The translations under genes were made by a program, and so were the position numbers. Under the pieces are notes generated by a model. The model saw nothing but the letters and a program-made list of their open reading frames with translations. It had not been told where the DNA came from and did no database searches. This document shows, one piece after another, positions 18,294-28,626 of a stretch of DNA of 55,355 bases. The DNA lies in sequence record DRR723986_5248. One strand, written 5' to 3'. Every line of letters starts with the position of its first letter. Positions within the stretch are counted from its first letter, which is position 1.

Positions 18294-19096
18294 TAAAGCT
18301 CTTTAATCTTCAAATTCTTAAATATCACTCCCTGCCCTTCACTTTGTAAACCAATATAACCTTCTTTCAAAAGCTTGCCATCTTCCTTGTATTTAGGGTC
18401 AAAATTATTTGCAACACCTCCACCGATCTGTGGTTTGGTGTATTGTAAGACGGTGTCTCCATTTACCATATGAATCACCAACGAGTCTCCATAAACTACC
18501 AAATCAGCCTTTACCCACTCATCCCATTTGAAGGTTGGAGAAGTGGAATTGATGCAATGGCGAGGATCCTTTTCACCTTCGAAAAACACATCTGTACCTG
18601 GTGAACACATATTCCCCGTGGGTCTAGGCACCCCTTCTTTTTCTTCAGCTAGCATTTGCCATTCCACAGAAATCGGCCAATCCTGCTCTTTTAGAATCGT
18701 CTCCGGCGCTTGAGAATGGAACATCACTCCACTATTCCTGTAAGTATAGCTCGCTGCATCCTCCAGCCATTGATCTGTAAATCTGTATTCCCATGTCATG
18801 TGGAAGGACGAAAAAGACTTCTTGTAAAACAAGTGACCATAGCGATCATTGAAGCCCTCATTGTAGTCATCGTAATTAACTTCTATAGCGCCGTCAACTA
18901 CGCGAAACGTATTTTGGTAATTTTCACCGGCCTCGTGATGGTAAATTTTCGGAGTCCAATCTTCTAGATTTTGTCCGTTAAACATTTCTATCCATTCTGC
19001 TTTGGGCTCTTCGGAGACCATCACTTCTTTCTTCTCAGAACTACAGGAAATGAGTACGCTGCCCAAAAGGCCAGTAATAATTACTTTTCTAAACAT
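18293..19096 (-). CDS. DUF1080 (3-keto-disaccharide hydrolase-like) lipoprotein
   Basis: Lipobox LISC; FNGQNLEDW, NSGVMFH, EWQML, GYIGLQSEG..VIFKNLKIKEL. Confidence 0.9.
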   Translation of the reverse strand: MFRKVIITGLLGSVLISCSSEKKEVMVSEEPKAEWIEMFNGQNLEDWTPKIYHHEAGENYQNTFRVVDGAIEVNYDDYNEGFNDRYGHLFYKKSFSSFHMTWEYRFTDQWLEDAASYTYRNSGVMFHSQAPETILKEQDWPISVEWQMLAEEKEGVPRPTGNMCSPGTDVFFEGEKDPRHCINSTSPTFKWDEWVKADLVVYGDSLVIHMVNGDTVLQYTKPQIGGGVANNFDPKYKEDGKLLKEGYIGLQSEGQGVIFKNLKIKEL

Positions 19097-19181
19097 GGAA
19101 ATCAGGGTTGATGTAAAAAGATAAAAGTAAGTTAAGGAATTCTGGGGTTCTGATTAACTCTTTTAGATGAGTGCACGCTTT

Positions 19182-20081
19182 CTAGGAAATATGGCAAGCT
19201 TTGAATGACTTTCCTGTCAAAAACTGAAATGCATGCTTCTCTATTTTAGCAGTAATTGATTGTGGACTCCCCATTATTTCTCCATCGATTTGAAACTTAG
19301 CGCCAGTTGGATTCAAAAGTTGGCATGAATCTACTGACCAAGTCTGCACACTTTCCAATTGGTCCAGATCTCCCTTAAAAAATGCCATTGTCATTTTCAA
19401 ATAATCCTCAGCAGACTGCGGATTGATGGAAATAACCTCAAATTTCCCATCGCCCATTTTGCCTCTACAGTTCACAATTGCCCCCGTTCCGTATCGATCT
19501 CCATTGGCTAGAACGATCATTTTAGCCTTAATTTCAATTACCTCTTCTCCTACAATAAGTTGAAAACGAGCTTCCTCTGCACCAAAAATCTCTGAAAACG
19601 AATTCTTCACATAGCCAAACATGCCTCGGGATTCCTCCTCCTCAAATTTTTTGATCAGATTGGCATTCATTCCAAAGTCGGCTAAATGAAGACAAAGTTC
19701 GCCATTGATGTAGATAGCATCTATTGCCTGAGGGCTAAAATCATGAATAGCTTCCCAAGAATCCACCAAATCATTAATTTCCATACATTTAGCCAGGCCG
19801 TTGGCTGAGCCTAAAGGCAAAATGCAAAGCGGGACATTCTTGCCATGCAGCGTATTTGCAACCAACTTAACTGTACCATCTCCACCACCAATCAGAACCA
19901 AATCAGGAAGGAGCTCTTCAAATTTCTTTATTAATTTTTCATCATCCTTTTCACCAGTAGTTTTCCATAATTCAAGGAGAAAATCCGGCAATTTAACTTC
20001 AGCTAGTTCCAGAAGCTCCGCTTCGGTAATAGAATCATTCCCAGAAATAGGATTGAAAACTAAGAGACATTTTCTAGTCAT
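19182..20081 (-). CDS. Diacylglycerol/lipid kinase family protein (YegS/DgkB-like)
   Basis: NPISG, GGDGT, PLGSANGLA, QIDGE motifs. Confidence 0.9.
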   Translation of the reverse strand: MTRKCLLVFNPISGNDSITEAELLELAEVKLPDFLLELWKTTGEKDDEKLIKKFEELLPDLVLIGGGDGTVKLVANTLHGKNVPLCILPLGSANGLAKCMEINDLVDSWEAIHDFSPQAIDAIYINGELCLHLADFGMNANLIKKFEEEESRGMFGYVKNSFSEIFGAEEARFQLIVGEEVIEIKAKMIVLANGDRYGTGAIVNCRGKMGDGKFEVISINPQSAEDYLKMTMAFFKGDLDQLESVQTWSVDSCQLLNPTGAKFQIDGEIMGSPQSITAKIEKHAFQFLTGKSFKACHIS

Positions 20082-20098
20082 TCATTTGAAATGTTAGC

Positions 20099-21136
20099 CT
20101 AATTAAAAATTGATTCATTTTCGACTATTTGAATTGCCTCCTTGGATGAGGATATAAAATGAAAGTGATCAAACCCAGCCAAATTCTTCAACTCATTCTC
20201 TCTATTTTCATCCAATTTCCCAACAATTCTAATGAATACATCCTTGATTCTTCCGGGATAGTTCTTAATCACTTCAGCATAAATCTCAGGATCATGCTGT
20301 CCACTATCTCCGATCAAATAGAACTGCATCTCTGGATACATTTCCATAAGCAGCTCGATCTTCTTAAGTTTATGCGAATGGTCTCCTCCCCCTGACTTCC
20401 ATATATTTTTCAGGTTGATATGCTTATCCTTCAGCAAAATAGGGCCATTTGGGATATGCCTATATTTCAGAAAGTCCCGAATCATATCATAAAGTGACCA
20501 ATCACTACTTGACACATAGAAAATCGGTATTTCCATATCCTCGGTAATCTTCTTATAAAATTCAGACACACCAGGCAAGGGCCTTCTAGTGTATGCATTC
20601 TTGGAGATAGAAAGCCAGAACTTTTTCCCCAAATCAGTAGAATGAGATATTATAATCGTATCATCTATATCTGAAATCACCCCAAGATTTCCAGAGTACC
20701 TGACTACCTCCATATGTACTACTGAAGACTTTTTAGTCACTGGCTCCAACACCTGATAGGTTACATATTCATTTATCTCTGTACTGGGTTTGGAGTCCCC
20801 GATCTGTAGCTCAAAAACCCCATCTTCATCGGTTGATACAATAAAGCTTTTTTCCTGAAAGGTGATTTCAACCTTCGCAAGGGATACAGAAGAACCTGAA
20901 TATCTTTTGACTGCCGAAATGATATTTGAGAACCAATTATTCCGGGAAGACGGTCTTTTCTCTGTATAGGCCTTTATCACTCTTCCTTTGAAAAAAACCT
21001 CATCTTCATTTCCAAAGGCTAAGAAAGGTTCTACTCTTATTTTATCCTGTTTTGAAATACTCATCAAATGTACCACAAGTTGATAAGCCATTATTAAGGC
21101 AAAAACTACGCATATTATGGTGAGTACATTTTTCAT
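20099..21136 (-). CDS. App1 family (DUF2183) phosphatidate phosphatase-like protein
   Basis: ISDIDDT (DxDxT), FYVSSS, LIGDSGQHDPEIY motifs. Confidence 0.88.
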   Translation of the reverse strand: MKNVLTIICVVFALIMAYQLVVHLMSISKQDKIRVEPFLAFGNEDEVFFKGRVIKAYTEKRPSSRNNWFSNIISAVKRYSGSSVSLAKVEITFQEKSFIVSTDEDGVFELQIGDSKPSTEINEYVTYQVLEPVTKKSSVVHMEVVRYSGNLGVISDIDDTIIISHSTDLGKKFWLSISKNAYTRRPLPGVSEFYKKITEDMEIPIFYVSSSDWSLYDMIRDFLKYRHIPNGPILLKDKHINLKNIWKSGGGDHSHKLKKIELLMEMYPEMQFYLIGDSGQHDPEIYAEVIKNYPGRIKDVFIRIVGKLDENRENELKNLAGFDHFHFISSSKEAIQIVENESIFN

Positions 21137-21169
21137 TCGACTAGTTACTTACTAAGACTTAGATCCAAA

Positions 21170-22222
21170 TCAATGCTTCCAGTCGTACTGATCTATCTCT
21201 TCTAAACAGGTTTTCAACAATGCTATTGAGTCTGCTATATCTTGTTTATGAGCCATCTCAATAACCTGATGAAGATGTCGAGTTGGGATAGAAATAGCTC
21301 CTGCTATTGCACCCTGCTTGCCCATACGCTGCACACCTGCTGTATCTGTTCCGCCGGCTACAAGAATCTCAGGTTGCCAAGAGATCTTTGCTTTGTCTGC
21401 TGTTTGCTTCATAAATTCTACCATGCGGTAATCACAGATGGTCATCGCATCCATTATCTTGATCGCCGTACCTTTACCTAATTCAGTTACTTTTTCGTGA
21501 GCCTGAGCTCCTGGCACATCAAAAGCAATCGTGGTGTCCAAAGCAATCCCAAAATCGGGATTAATACCATGCGCTGCTACATTGGCGCCACGTAATCCAA
21601 CCTCTTCCTGCACGGTGAAGGTAGCATAGACATCATAAGCAGGGTTTTCAAGTTGCTTAAGAGTTTCAATAAGAATAAACACAGCAACGCGGTTATCTAT
21701 AGATTTACAATTCACACAATCACCCATCTCGATCAATTCCCTATCTCGGGTTACTGGATCTCCTACTGTAATGTATTTTTCCACCTCTTCTTTGGACATT
21801 CCTAGATCTATGAAAAAATCTGTCGTCTTTGGAAGTTTTGTTCTCTCCTCAGCTGACATTACATGGATAGGTTTACTTCCCATCACGCCTACCAGATCTT
21901 TTTTGCCATGTACGATCACTCGCTGAGCAGTTAAAGTCTTCGGATCAAAACCTCCCAACGTATGGAATCTCAAAAAACCATTATCGTCAATATGTGTGAC
22001 GATAAAGCCAATCTCATCCATGTGAGCAGCGATCATTACCCGCTTACCATCAGGATTTCTTTTACCTTTTTTGATGGCAATTACATTTCCTATGTTATCT
22101 ACTTTGACTTCATCGGCTAAGGGAGTGACCAAATCAATAACTAAATCTCTTACTCTTTTCTCAAAACCAGGTGCTCCGGCTATTTCACAGATTTCCTTAA
22201 GGAGGGCTACGTTTATATCCAT
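21170..22222 (-). CDS. M42 family metallopeptidase
   Basis: AHMDEIG, SIDNR, QEEVGLRGA, GGTD, RHLH motifs. Confidence 0.93.
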   Translation of the reverse strand: MDINVALLKEICEIAGAPGFEKRVRDLVIDLVTPLADEVKVDNIGNVIAIKKGKRNPDGKRVMIAAHMDEIGFIVTHIDDNGFLRFHTLGGFDPKTLTAQRVIVHGKKDLVGVMGSKPIHVMSAEERTKLPKTTDFFIDLGMSKEEVEKYITVGDPVTRDRELIEMGDCVNCKSIDNRVAVFILIETLKQLENPAYDVYATFTVQEEVGLRGANVAAHGINPDFGIALDTTIAFDVPGAQAHEKVTELGKGTAIKIMDAMTICDYRMVEFMKQTADKAKISWQPEILVAGGTDTAGVQRMGKQGAIAGAISIPTRHLHQVIEMAHKQDIADSIALLKTCLEEIDQYDWKH

Positions 22223-22274
22223 TTTTTATTTTTTTCTGATTAGGTGAAATTAAGAATTTGAACTGTCTTGAAAG

Positions 22275-22308
22275 AAAAAAGGCACAAAGAATAACCTCTC
22301 TGTGCCTT
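22275..22308 (-). terminator. Rho-independent terminator after purF-like gene
   Basis: A-run + GGCACAAAGA..TCTCTGTGCC hairpin. Confidence 0.65.
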
Positions 22309-22342
22309 AATAATTCTATTACTATATTCGAAATATTTTTGC

Positions 22343-24226
22343 TTAATATGCTCTCACAGTCTTGCCTTCCATGAAGTTTACAAAAGATCTGTTGACAACT
22401 CTCATCCCACCTGTGGTAGGATAATCACCCGTAAAATACCAGTCGCCTAGATGGTCTGGACAGCATTTATGAAGATTATCAACTGTCTGATAAATCACTT
22501 GCACTTCAGCTTTGATATCATCATTGGTAACAATCTCAGAGATTTTCTCTGAAATCTCATCATCCGTAAAAGAGCTATAAACGCCTTTGACGAAGTTCTC
22601 GGTAGAATAAGGATGTGCTACACATGAATCATGAACCTGTTCAAGTGTATAGTCGATTTTCCGTTCCTTGATCAAGGCTAATGCCGCTCTAAAAGCAATA
22701 AATTCCTTCATTTTCGACATATCGATTCCATAGCAATCAGGGAACCTAATCTGTGGAGCAGAAGAAACTATAATGATTCGCTTTGGATTTAACTTATCCA
22801 ACGTAGTCAAGATACTTTTCTCTAGTGTAGTTCCCCTTACGATACTGTCGTCAATTACCACTAGGGTATCCACACCTGGCTTGATTACCTCATAGGTGGT
22901 ATCATAAACATTGGCGACTATGGAATCACGATCTTCGTCGTTGGTGATGAATGTACGCAATTTCACATCTTTGCTCACCAGCTTTTCCACTCTTGGCCGG
23001 AAATTCAATAGCTCATCCAAATCCCCCATGTGAGGTTTGCCGTCCACAAAGACTTCTCTTCGTTTGGCCGCCAAATAATCCTCCAACCCTTCAATCATTC
23101 CTAGGAACGCAGTTTCGGCAGTATTTGGAATGTATGAAAAAACGGTATTTTTAAGATCAAAATCAATCGCTTTCAAGATCTGAGGGATCAATGCCTTACC
23201 CAGATTTTTTCTTTCCTGATAGATATTTGGATCAGTTCCTCTAGAAAAATAAATACGCTCAAAAGAACAAGATTTCTTTTCTCTTGCAGGCATAATTTCT
23301 GATTCTGCAAAAGATCCATCTTTATTGATTACCAAGGCATGACCTGGCTGAATTTCTTTGATGGAATTGAAATTAATATTGAATGCAGATTTTATCGCAG
23401 GTTTTTCTGATGCGACTACAATTACCTCATCATCCGCATAATAATAGGCTGGACGAATGCCTGAAGGATCCCGCACTACGAAAGCTGAGCCATTCCCTAC
23501 GATACCAGCCATTGCATATCCCCCATCAAAGTCTCTACAAGATCTCCTAAGGATTCTAGCCATATCCAATTCGTCCTCAATCACCTGAGTGATCTGCTCA
23601 TTGGAGAATTGGTGCTTATATTTATCAAAAATTCGTTGATTTTCCTCATCCAAAAAGTGGCCGATTTTCTCCATCACGGTGACAGTATCAGTCTTTTCTT
23701 TTGGGTGCTGCCCCAGCTGAACTAGCTTATCAAAAAGTTCTTCCACATTCGTCATGTTGAAGTTACCAGCCATTACCAGGTTACGGCTTCTCCAGTTGTT
23801 TTGCTTCAGGAAAGGATGACAAGTCTCGATGGAATTCTCTCCATGTGTCCCGTATCTCAAGTGACCCAGCCAAACTTCTCCAGTAAAAGCAATATTTTCT
23901 TTCAACCAGTTTCCGTCAGAAAGTGCATCGTGACCTCCGATTTTCTTGGCCTTCTTATATTTCCTGTTGATTTTGTCAAAGATGAAATTGACAGCTGAAG
24001 GCTCAATAGATCTATATCTACTGATATATCTAGTCCCAGGCTTAGTGTCAATTTTGACATTGGCGACTCCTGCACCATCCTGACCTCTATTTATTTGTTT
24101 TTGCATCAGGACATAGAGCCTATTAGAGGCAAAAGCTGCTGTCCCATATTTATCGATATAATATTGGGCAGGTTTTCGCAATCTAATCATTGCTATGCCG
24201 CATTCGTGTTTGATGGCGTCACTCAT
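22343..24226 (-). CDS. purF: Amidophosphoribosyltransferase (class II glutamine amidotransferase + PRTase)
   Basis: MSDAIKHE/CGI N-terminal Cys, RGQDGAG, GHLRYGT, CSFERIYFSR, VIDDSIVRGTT, PDCYGIDM. Confidence 0.88.
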   Translation of the reverse strand: MSDAIKHECGIAMIRLRKPAQYYIDKYGTAAFASNRLYVLMQKQINRGQDGAGVANVKIDTKPGTRYISRYRSIEPSAVNFIFDKINRKYKKAKKIGGHDALSDGNWLKENIAFTGEVWLGHLRYGTHGENSIETCHPFLKQNNWRSRNLVMAGNFNMTNVEELFDKLVQLGQHPKEKTDTVTVMEKIGHFLDEENQRIFDKYKHQFSNEQITQVIEDELDMARILRRSCRDFDGGYAMAGIVGNGSAFVVRDPSGIRPAYYYADDEVIVVASEKPAIKSAFNINFNSIKEIQPGHALVINKDGSFAESEIMPAREKKSCSFERIYFSRGTDPNIYQERKNLGKALIPQILKAIDFDLKNTVFSYIPNTAETAFLGMIEGLEDYLAAKRREVFVDGKPHMGDLDELLNFRPRVEKLVSKDVKLRTFITNDEDRDSIVANVYDTTYEVIKPGVDTLVVIDDSIVRGTTLEKSILTTLDKLNPKRIIIVSSAPQIRFPDCYGIDMSKMKEFIAFRAALALIKERKIDYTLEQVHDSCVAHPYSTENFVKGVYSSFTDDEISEKISEIVTNDDIKAEVQVIYQTVDNLHKCCPDHLGDWYFTGDYPTTGGMRVVNRSFVNFMEGKTVRAY

Positions 24227-24255
24227 AGAGTATGGCAAATGTTATTTTGAAGAAT

Positions 24256-24263
24256 CAAAGTTA
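24256..24263 (-). promoter_or_regulatory. -7 promoter element (TAACTTTG) of purF
   Basis: TAnnTTTG consensus 30 nt upstream of ATG. Confidence 0.55.
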
Positions 24264-24503
24264 CTAGTTTTTAAAAGAATTTTCCCTCAAAAAAGTTCGC
24301 TTCAAAGATTAAATATTCTGTCAAATCCTGCTATTCAGAATAACCTGCGAAATAGCTGAGATAGCCTATGTTTTATTGGGTGTTTTTAGATTTATAAAGA
24401 ACAATCTGAGGCATTTTTATACAAATACATTTTGACTTATATCAACAAATAGCTCAAAAGCGCATTTTCACTAATAGGCATACCCTCTGCATCTCCTATT
24501 TCC

Positions 24504-24575
24504 ATGATGTATTTGGCAATACTTAAAAGAAAAGCTGAAGAAAAAAGGAAACAAAATAAAAGACTAGTTGCTTAA
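24504..24575 (+). CDS. Putative 23-aa basic small protein/leader peptide
   Basis: MMYLAILKRKAEEKRKQNKRLVA*, followed 10 nt later by a terminator hairpin. Confidence 0.4.
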   Translation: MMYLAILKRKAEEKRKQNKRLVA

Positions 24576-24585
24576 TCTCTCAAGT

Positions 24586-24620
24586 AAAAAAGCATCGGGC
24601 ACTTGTCTGGTGCTTTTTTT
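24586..24620 (+). terminator. Rho-independent terminator-like hairpin 30 nt upstream of sigma-54 regulator
   Basis: AAAAAAGCATCGGGC-ACTT-GTCTGGTGCTTTTTTT. Confidence 0.75.
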
Positions 24621-24649
24621 GTTAACTAGCTCTACAAAGAAAGATATTC

Positions 24650-26056
24650 ATGAAGCGCATATTATTAGTAGAAGATGATCTGACTTATTCCAGAATAGTC
24701 AAGACCTTTTTAGAGAAAAATGGATTCATTATTCAGACTGCTATCAAAGTCAAGGAAGCACAGCAATTGTTTAGCAATTCTAAGTTCGATTTGATCATTG
24801 CCGATTTCAGGCTACCGGATGGCACTGGCATGGAGTTGCTCCAATGGTCTAAAAGCAATTATCCTCATACCCAAGTGATTCTAATCACTCACTATTCCGA
24901 TATACGAATTGCAATTAAGGCAATGAAACTAGGAGCTTTCGAATACATCACCAAGCCGATCAACCCGGATGAGCTGTTGGCAACTGTAAAAGAATCTCTT
25001 TCAGCCAAAATCCAAGAGCCTGATTCTACGGAGAACACTGCAGCTCCAACAAGTTTTTCACCAAAAAACAAGGTAAAAAGTAGCTATGTAATAGGGACTT
25101 CTGCTGAGGCCGAAAAACTTGAAAAGCATATACAACTCGTAGCACCGACTGATTTAAGCGTATTGGTTCTAGGAGAAACCGGTACAGGCAAGGAATTTAT
25201 TTCAAGAAGAATTCATGATTTATCCACCAGAAAAGATGGAGCTTTTATTGCAATTGACTGTGGAGCTTTGCCCAAAGAACTAGCTGGCAGTGAACTTTTT
25301 GGCCATGTAAAGGGTGCCTTTACGGGAGCTTTAGAGAACAAAACAGGACATTTTGAGATGGCGAATGGTGGCACCATCTTCTTGGATGAAATTGGAAATC
25401 TGAGCTATGATGTGCAAATACAACTACTGCGAGCGATTCAGGAGAGAACCATCCGAAAAATCGGAGGTAATAAGGAAATTCAAATCGATGTACGGATTAT
25501 TGCTGCCACAAATGATAATCTGATTTTGCAGGCTGGGGATGGGCATTTCCGTGAGGATCTATATCATAGATTGAATGAATTTACCCTAAGCGCTATCCCA
25601 CTAAGAAGCAAGAAAGAAGATTTGCAAGATTTCGCAGATCAATTCTTGGAAGAGAGTAATGCCCGTCTTGGCAAAAATGTCAAAGGGTTTTCTCCTGAAG
25701 TTTGGGAGATTTTCCTTGCCTATGACTGGCCAGGCAATTTGCGGGAGTTAAGAAACATCATCAAACGCGCGGTTCTTTTGACGTCAGGATCATATGTGGA
25801 GAAAGACTCTTTGCCTGCAGACATTTATGAGCCTTCTGTGAGTCTAGTTGGGTCAAACGGAAGCTACCCCTCCAACTCAAGCAAGACTGATAAGCTTTCT
25901 CCGAAAGATTATAAATCCCAGTGGATAGAGCAGGAAAAAGAATTGATTCAAAAAGTACTGATGGACACCAAATTTAATAAGTCCAAAACTGCCCGAATTC
26001 TAAATATGGATCGTAAAACCCTTTATAGTAAAATGGAAAAATACGGCTTGGATTAA
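24650..26056 (+). CDS. Sigma-54-dependent response regulator (NtrC family)
   Basis: REC domain, GETGTGKE, ELFGHVKGAFTGA, FLDEIG, WPGNLREL, Fis-type HTH. Confidence 0.95.
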   Translation: MKRILLVEDDLTYSRIVKTFLEKNGFIIQTAIKVKEAQQLFSNSKFDLIIADFRLPDGTGMELLQWSKSNYPHTQVILITHYSDIRIAIKAMKLGAFEYITKPINPDELLATVKESLSAKIQEPDSTENTAAPTSFSPKNKVKSSYVIGTSAEAEKLEKHIQLVAPTDLSVLVLGETGTGKEFISRRIHDLSTRKDGAFIAIDCGALPKELAGSELFGHVKGAFTGALENKTGHFEMANGGTIFLDEIGNLSYDVQIQLLRAIQERTIRKIGGNKEIQIDVRIIAATNDNLILQAGDGHFREDLYHRLNEFTLSAIPLRSKKEDLQDFADQFLEESNARLGKNVKGFSPEVWEIFLAYDWPGNLRELRNIIKRAVLLTSGSYVEKDSLPADIYEPSVSLVGSNGSYPSNSSKTDKLSPKDYKSQWIEQEKELIQKVLMDTKFNKSKTARILNMDRKTLYSKMEKYGLD

Positions 26057-28581
26057 CTTTGTAAATCCGCAGTTTTTTCAATGGTCTCGGAAAGCGCTGA
26101 CAGCAAGATGTTAATTTCTTCATCCAGCTGATTTAACGTTTCACCGAGGCCATTTTTATTCCCTATTTTCAAACTGTTCTCTACCTTCCTAGCCGTCTGA
26201 CCTGCAGTACTTTTGATTTGACCTAAGCGACTTCCTAATTGATGACAAATCTCGAGAATCTGCTCATAATCATCCTCTAACCTCGCTTTTTTCAATTTAC
26301 CGAGATCCTTCCTAGTCTCCGCTATCAGCTCACGTACAATATCTTGCAGAAGAAGTTCGTCGCCCATACAAAATCTCGCCAGATCTTTCAACTGAAACAA
26401 CGTATTTTCCGATTCACTGATTTTAGGGCTTAAAGGAGAGTTTTTAACCACATTATTTGGGAAAAATTTACCTAAGCATTCGACCAATACCCGCTCTTGG
26501 AAAGGCTTGAAAATAATCTCCGTAAAACCACTTTCCATCATTTTTTCCCGCTCTTCCACAAACACATTCGCTGTCATAGCCAGGATCGGAATCTCCTTAT
26601 ACTTATCAATGGATCGTAAGTTAGCCACCACATCAAATCCTGAGAACTCAGGCATTTGTATATCCAAAATCGCCAAGTCAAAATCAACCTCAACAAACTC
26701 ATCCCGGAAATTAGTACCCCCAGGATAGGCGATAATAGATCCCCCAAAGTAACTTAAAATAGTCTCCAAATACCTGATACCCACCTTGTCGTCATCGACC
26801 AAAAGTATCTTCAGCCCCGTAAGATCAATGGTTGCTATTTCATCGGGGTTAAACTCAACGCGCTGGGACTCTGTAGCTACCATAGGCAAAGTCACCAACA
26901 TGCAGGTTCCTTCATGCTCTACACTTTTTGCGCTAATCTCTCCTCCCATCAAGTAAACCAAGCGCTGAACTATGGCCAAACCAAGACCCGTTCCTCCATA
27001 TTTTCTTGAGATCGAGGTGTCGGCCTGATCAAATTCCATAAAGACCTTTTCGAGCACTGCTGGAGACATCCCAATACCTGTGTCCTTTATTTCCACAGTC
27101 AGTTCATTTTTCACCCACCCCACATTTACACAAATTGAGCCTTCTGAAGTAAATTTAAATGCATTACTAAGCAGATTATTTAGGATTTGTTTCAAACGAA
27201 GCTGATCACCGATCAACCATTTGTCTTTTGGGAGATCCAAAGCCCATTCAAAATCGACTTTCTTTTCTCCAGCCTGCAATTCAAAAAAGCTTTGCAAGGA
27301 GGAAAAGAGAGCCTCCGGGTCGAAAGGCCTTGCCTCTAACTTCAACTTACCGGCTTCCAGTTTCGAAAAGTCAAGCACCTCATCGACGATTTCCATTAAA
27401 GTATCTGATGCAAACCCTATCATTCTTAAATGGGATTGCTGACTGGAGTCTAATTCTGATTTTTCCAAAACTGATCTATAGCCTTGGATTACGTGAAGAG
27501 GGTTTCGAATCTCATGACTCATGTTGGCTAAAAATTCTTGCTTAGACCTTGCCAACTGCTCCGACTTCTGTCTCGAGATTTCGAGATTTTCCTGATATTT
27601 CTTTGTAACCTGGATCTCCTTCAAAATCGAATAAACCATTACCGCAGCACCTATAACTGCTAATACCACGATCATGATCAAGAAATAAGTCATGTCATAA
27701 GTAAGCTGATAGGCGGAGTCATTTTGGCGATCCGATTTCTCAATCGCACGCTGCTGAAGGGTGCTTACGAGACTTTGGATAGTATTGATAATTTTGCTTT
27801 GGCTGATGGAAATATCGGCTTCCATCTTGGCAAGTTTCTGCCGCTGTATAGACTCCTCCCGATTGACTCTGTTGATTACACCTTTGATGTTATATAGAAC
27901 ACTATCTAGAGTCTGCCCTTCTGGCAAATTGGAGTCTTTGAAATTTTGCTTTTGTAAATCACGAAGGAAGGCAATTGACTTGTCATCTTCATTTGTAATA
28001 ATGGTCTTTTGCTGAACTTTACCTGTCTTTGCCTCTTGGCGAGAAGTCATCTCTTCCTCCAGCTCATTGAACAAGGAAGCTTTTGGATTGATCTTCTCTA
28101 TGGGTTTTTGCTCCAGACTCGCTGCACGCCTTCTAATTCCCAATTCCACCTTGTTCAACGCTTCTTGGGTGAAATTCCGATTAGCCAAACTAGATTTAAC
28201 CTCATACAAGTTGATATAACCCAAGATGAGGGTATCGAGATTGGTTCTTATACTCTGGATATAGCTGTTTTCTAAGGAGTCTTCCGCCAATAATGCTAAT
28301 TCCTGAAGCTTAAGTTTAAGCGAAATCACACTTGAATCCTGAACTCTAAAGTCCTGATCAACAGTAGAGTGATCCATCTGGGTGATTTGAATAATCTCAG
28401 ATTGGAGATTATTGAGCAGGTTTTGTTTCTGATTTGGCTCCGCAAGTTCCTTCATGGTTTCAAGGAGCCTATTCTGAGTGTAATAAGTCAACCCTGCCAT
28501 TCCAATCAGGAAAATGGCGGCTATGAAAAAGCCGGTAACGACTTTCCCAGCAGTACTGGAACTAGGGGATTTCTTATTCAT
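26053..28581 (-). CDS. Hybrid sensor histidine kinase (periplasmic sensor, HisKA, HATPase, REC, Hpt)
   Basis: Two TM; FLANMSHEIRNP, NLLSNAFKFT, GGTGLGL, DIQMP, C-terminal CHQLGS Hpt-like. Confidence 0.92.
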   Translation of the reverse strand: MNKKSPSSSTAGKVVTGFFIAAIFLIGMAGLTYYTQNRLLETMKELAEPNQKQNLLNNLQSEIIQITQMDHSTVDQDFRVQDSSVISLKLKLQELALLAEDSLENSYIQSIRTNLDTLILGYINLYEVKSSLANRNFTQEALNKVELGIRRRAASLEQKPIEKINPKASLFNELEEEMTSRQEAKTGKVQQKTIITNEDDKSIAFLRDLQKQNFKDSNLPEGQTLDSVLYNIKGVINRVNREESIQRQKLAKMEADISISQSKIINTIQSLVSTLQQRAIEKSDRQNDSAYQLTYDMTYFLIMIVVLAVIGAAVMVYSILKEIQVTKKYQENLEISRQKSEQLARSKQEFLANMSHEIRNPLHVIQGYRSVLEKSELDSSQQSHLRMIGFASDTLMEIVDEVLDFSKLEAGKLKLEARPFDPEALFSSLQSFFELQAGEKKVDFEWALDLPKDKWLIGDQLRLKQILNNLLSNAFKFTSEGSICVNVGWVKNELTVEIKDTGIGMSPAVLEKVFMEFDQADTSISRKYGGTGLGLAIVQRLVYLMGGEISAKSVEHEGTCMLVTLPMVATESQRVEFNPDEIATIDLTGLKILLVDDDKVGIRYLETILSYFGGSIIAYPGGTNFRDEFVEVDFDLAILDIQMPEFSGFDVVANLRSIDKYKEIPILAMTANVFVEEREKMMESGFTEIIFKPFQERVLVECLGKFFPNNVVKNSPLSPKISESENTLFQLKDLARFCMGDELLLQDIVRELIAETRKDLGKLKKARLEDDYEQILEICHQLGSRLGQIKSTAGQTARKVENSLKIGNKNGLGETLNQLDEEINILLSALSETIEKTADLQS

Positions 28582-28626
28582 TAAAAACACATTACCCCAG
28601 GAACCAATAATTATTCCAATTGGGGA

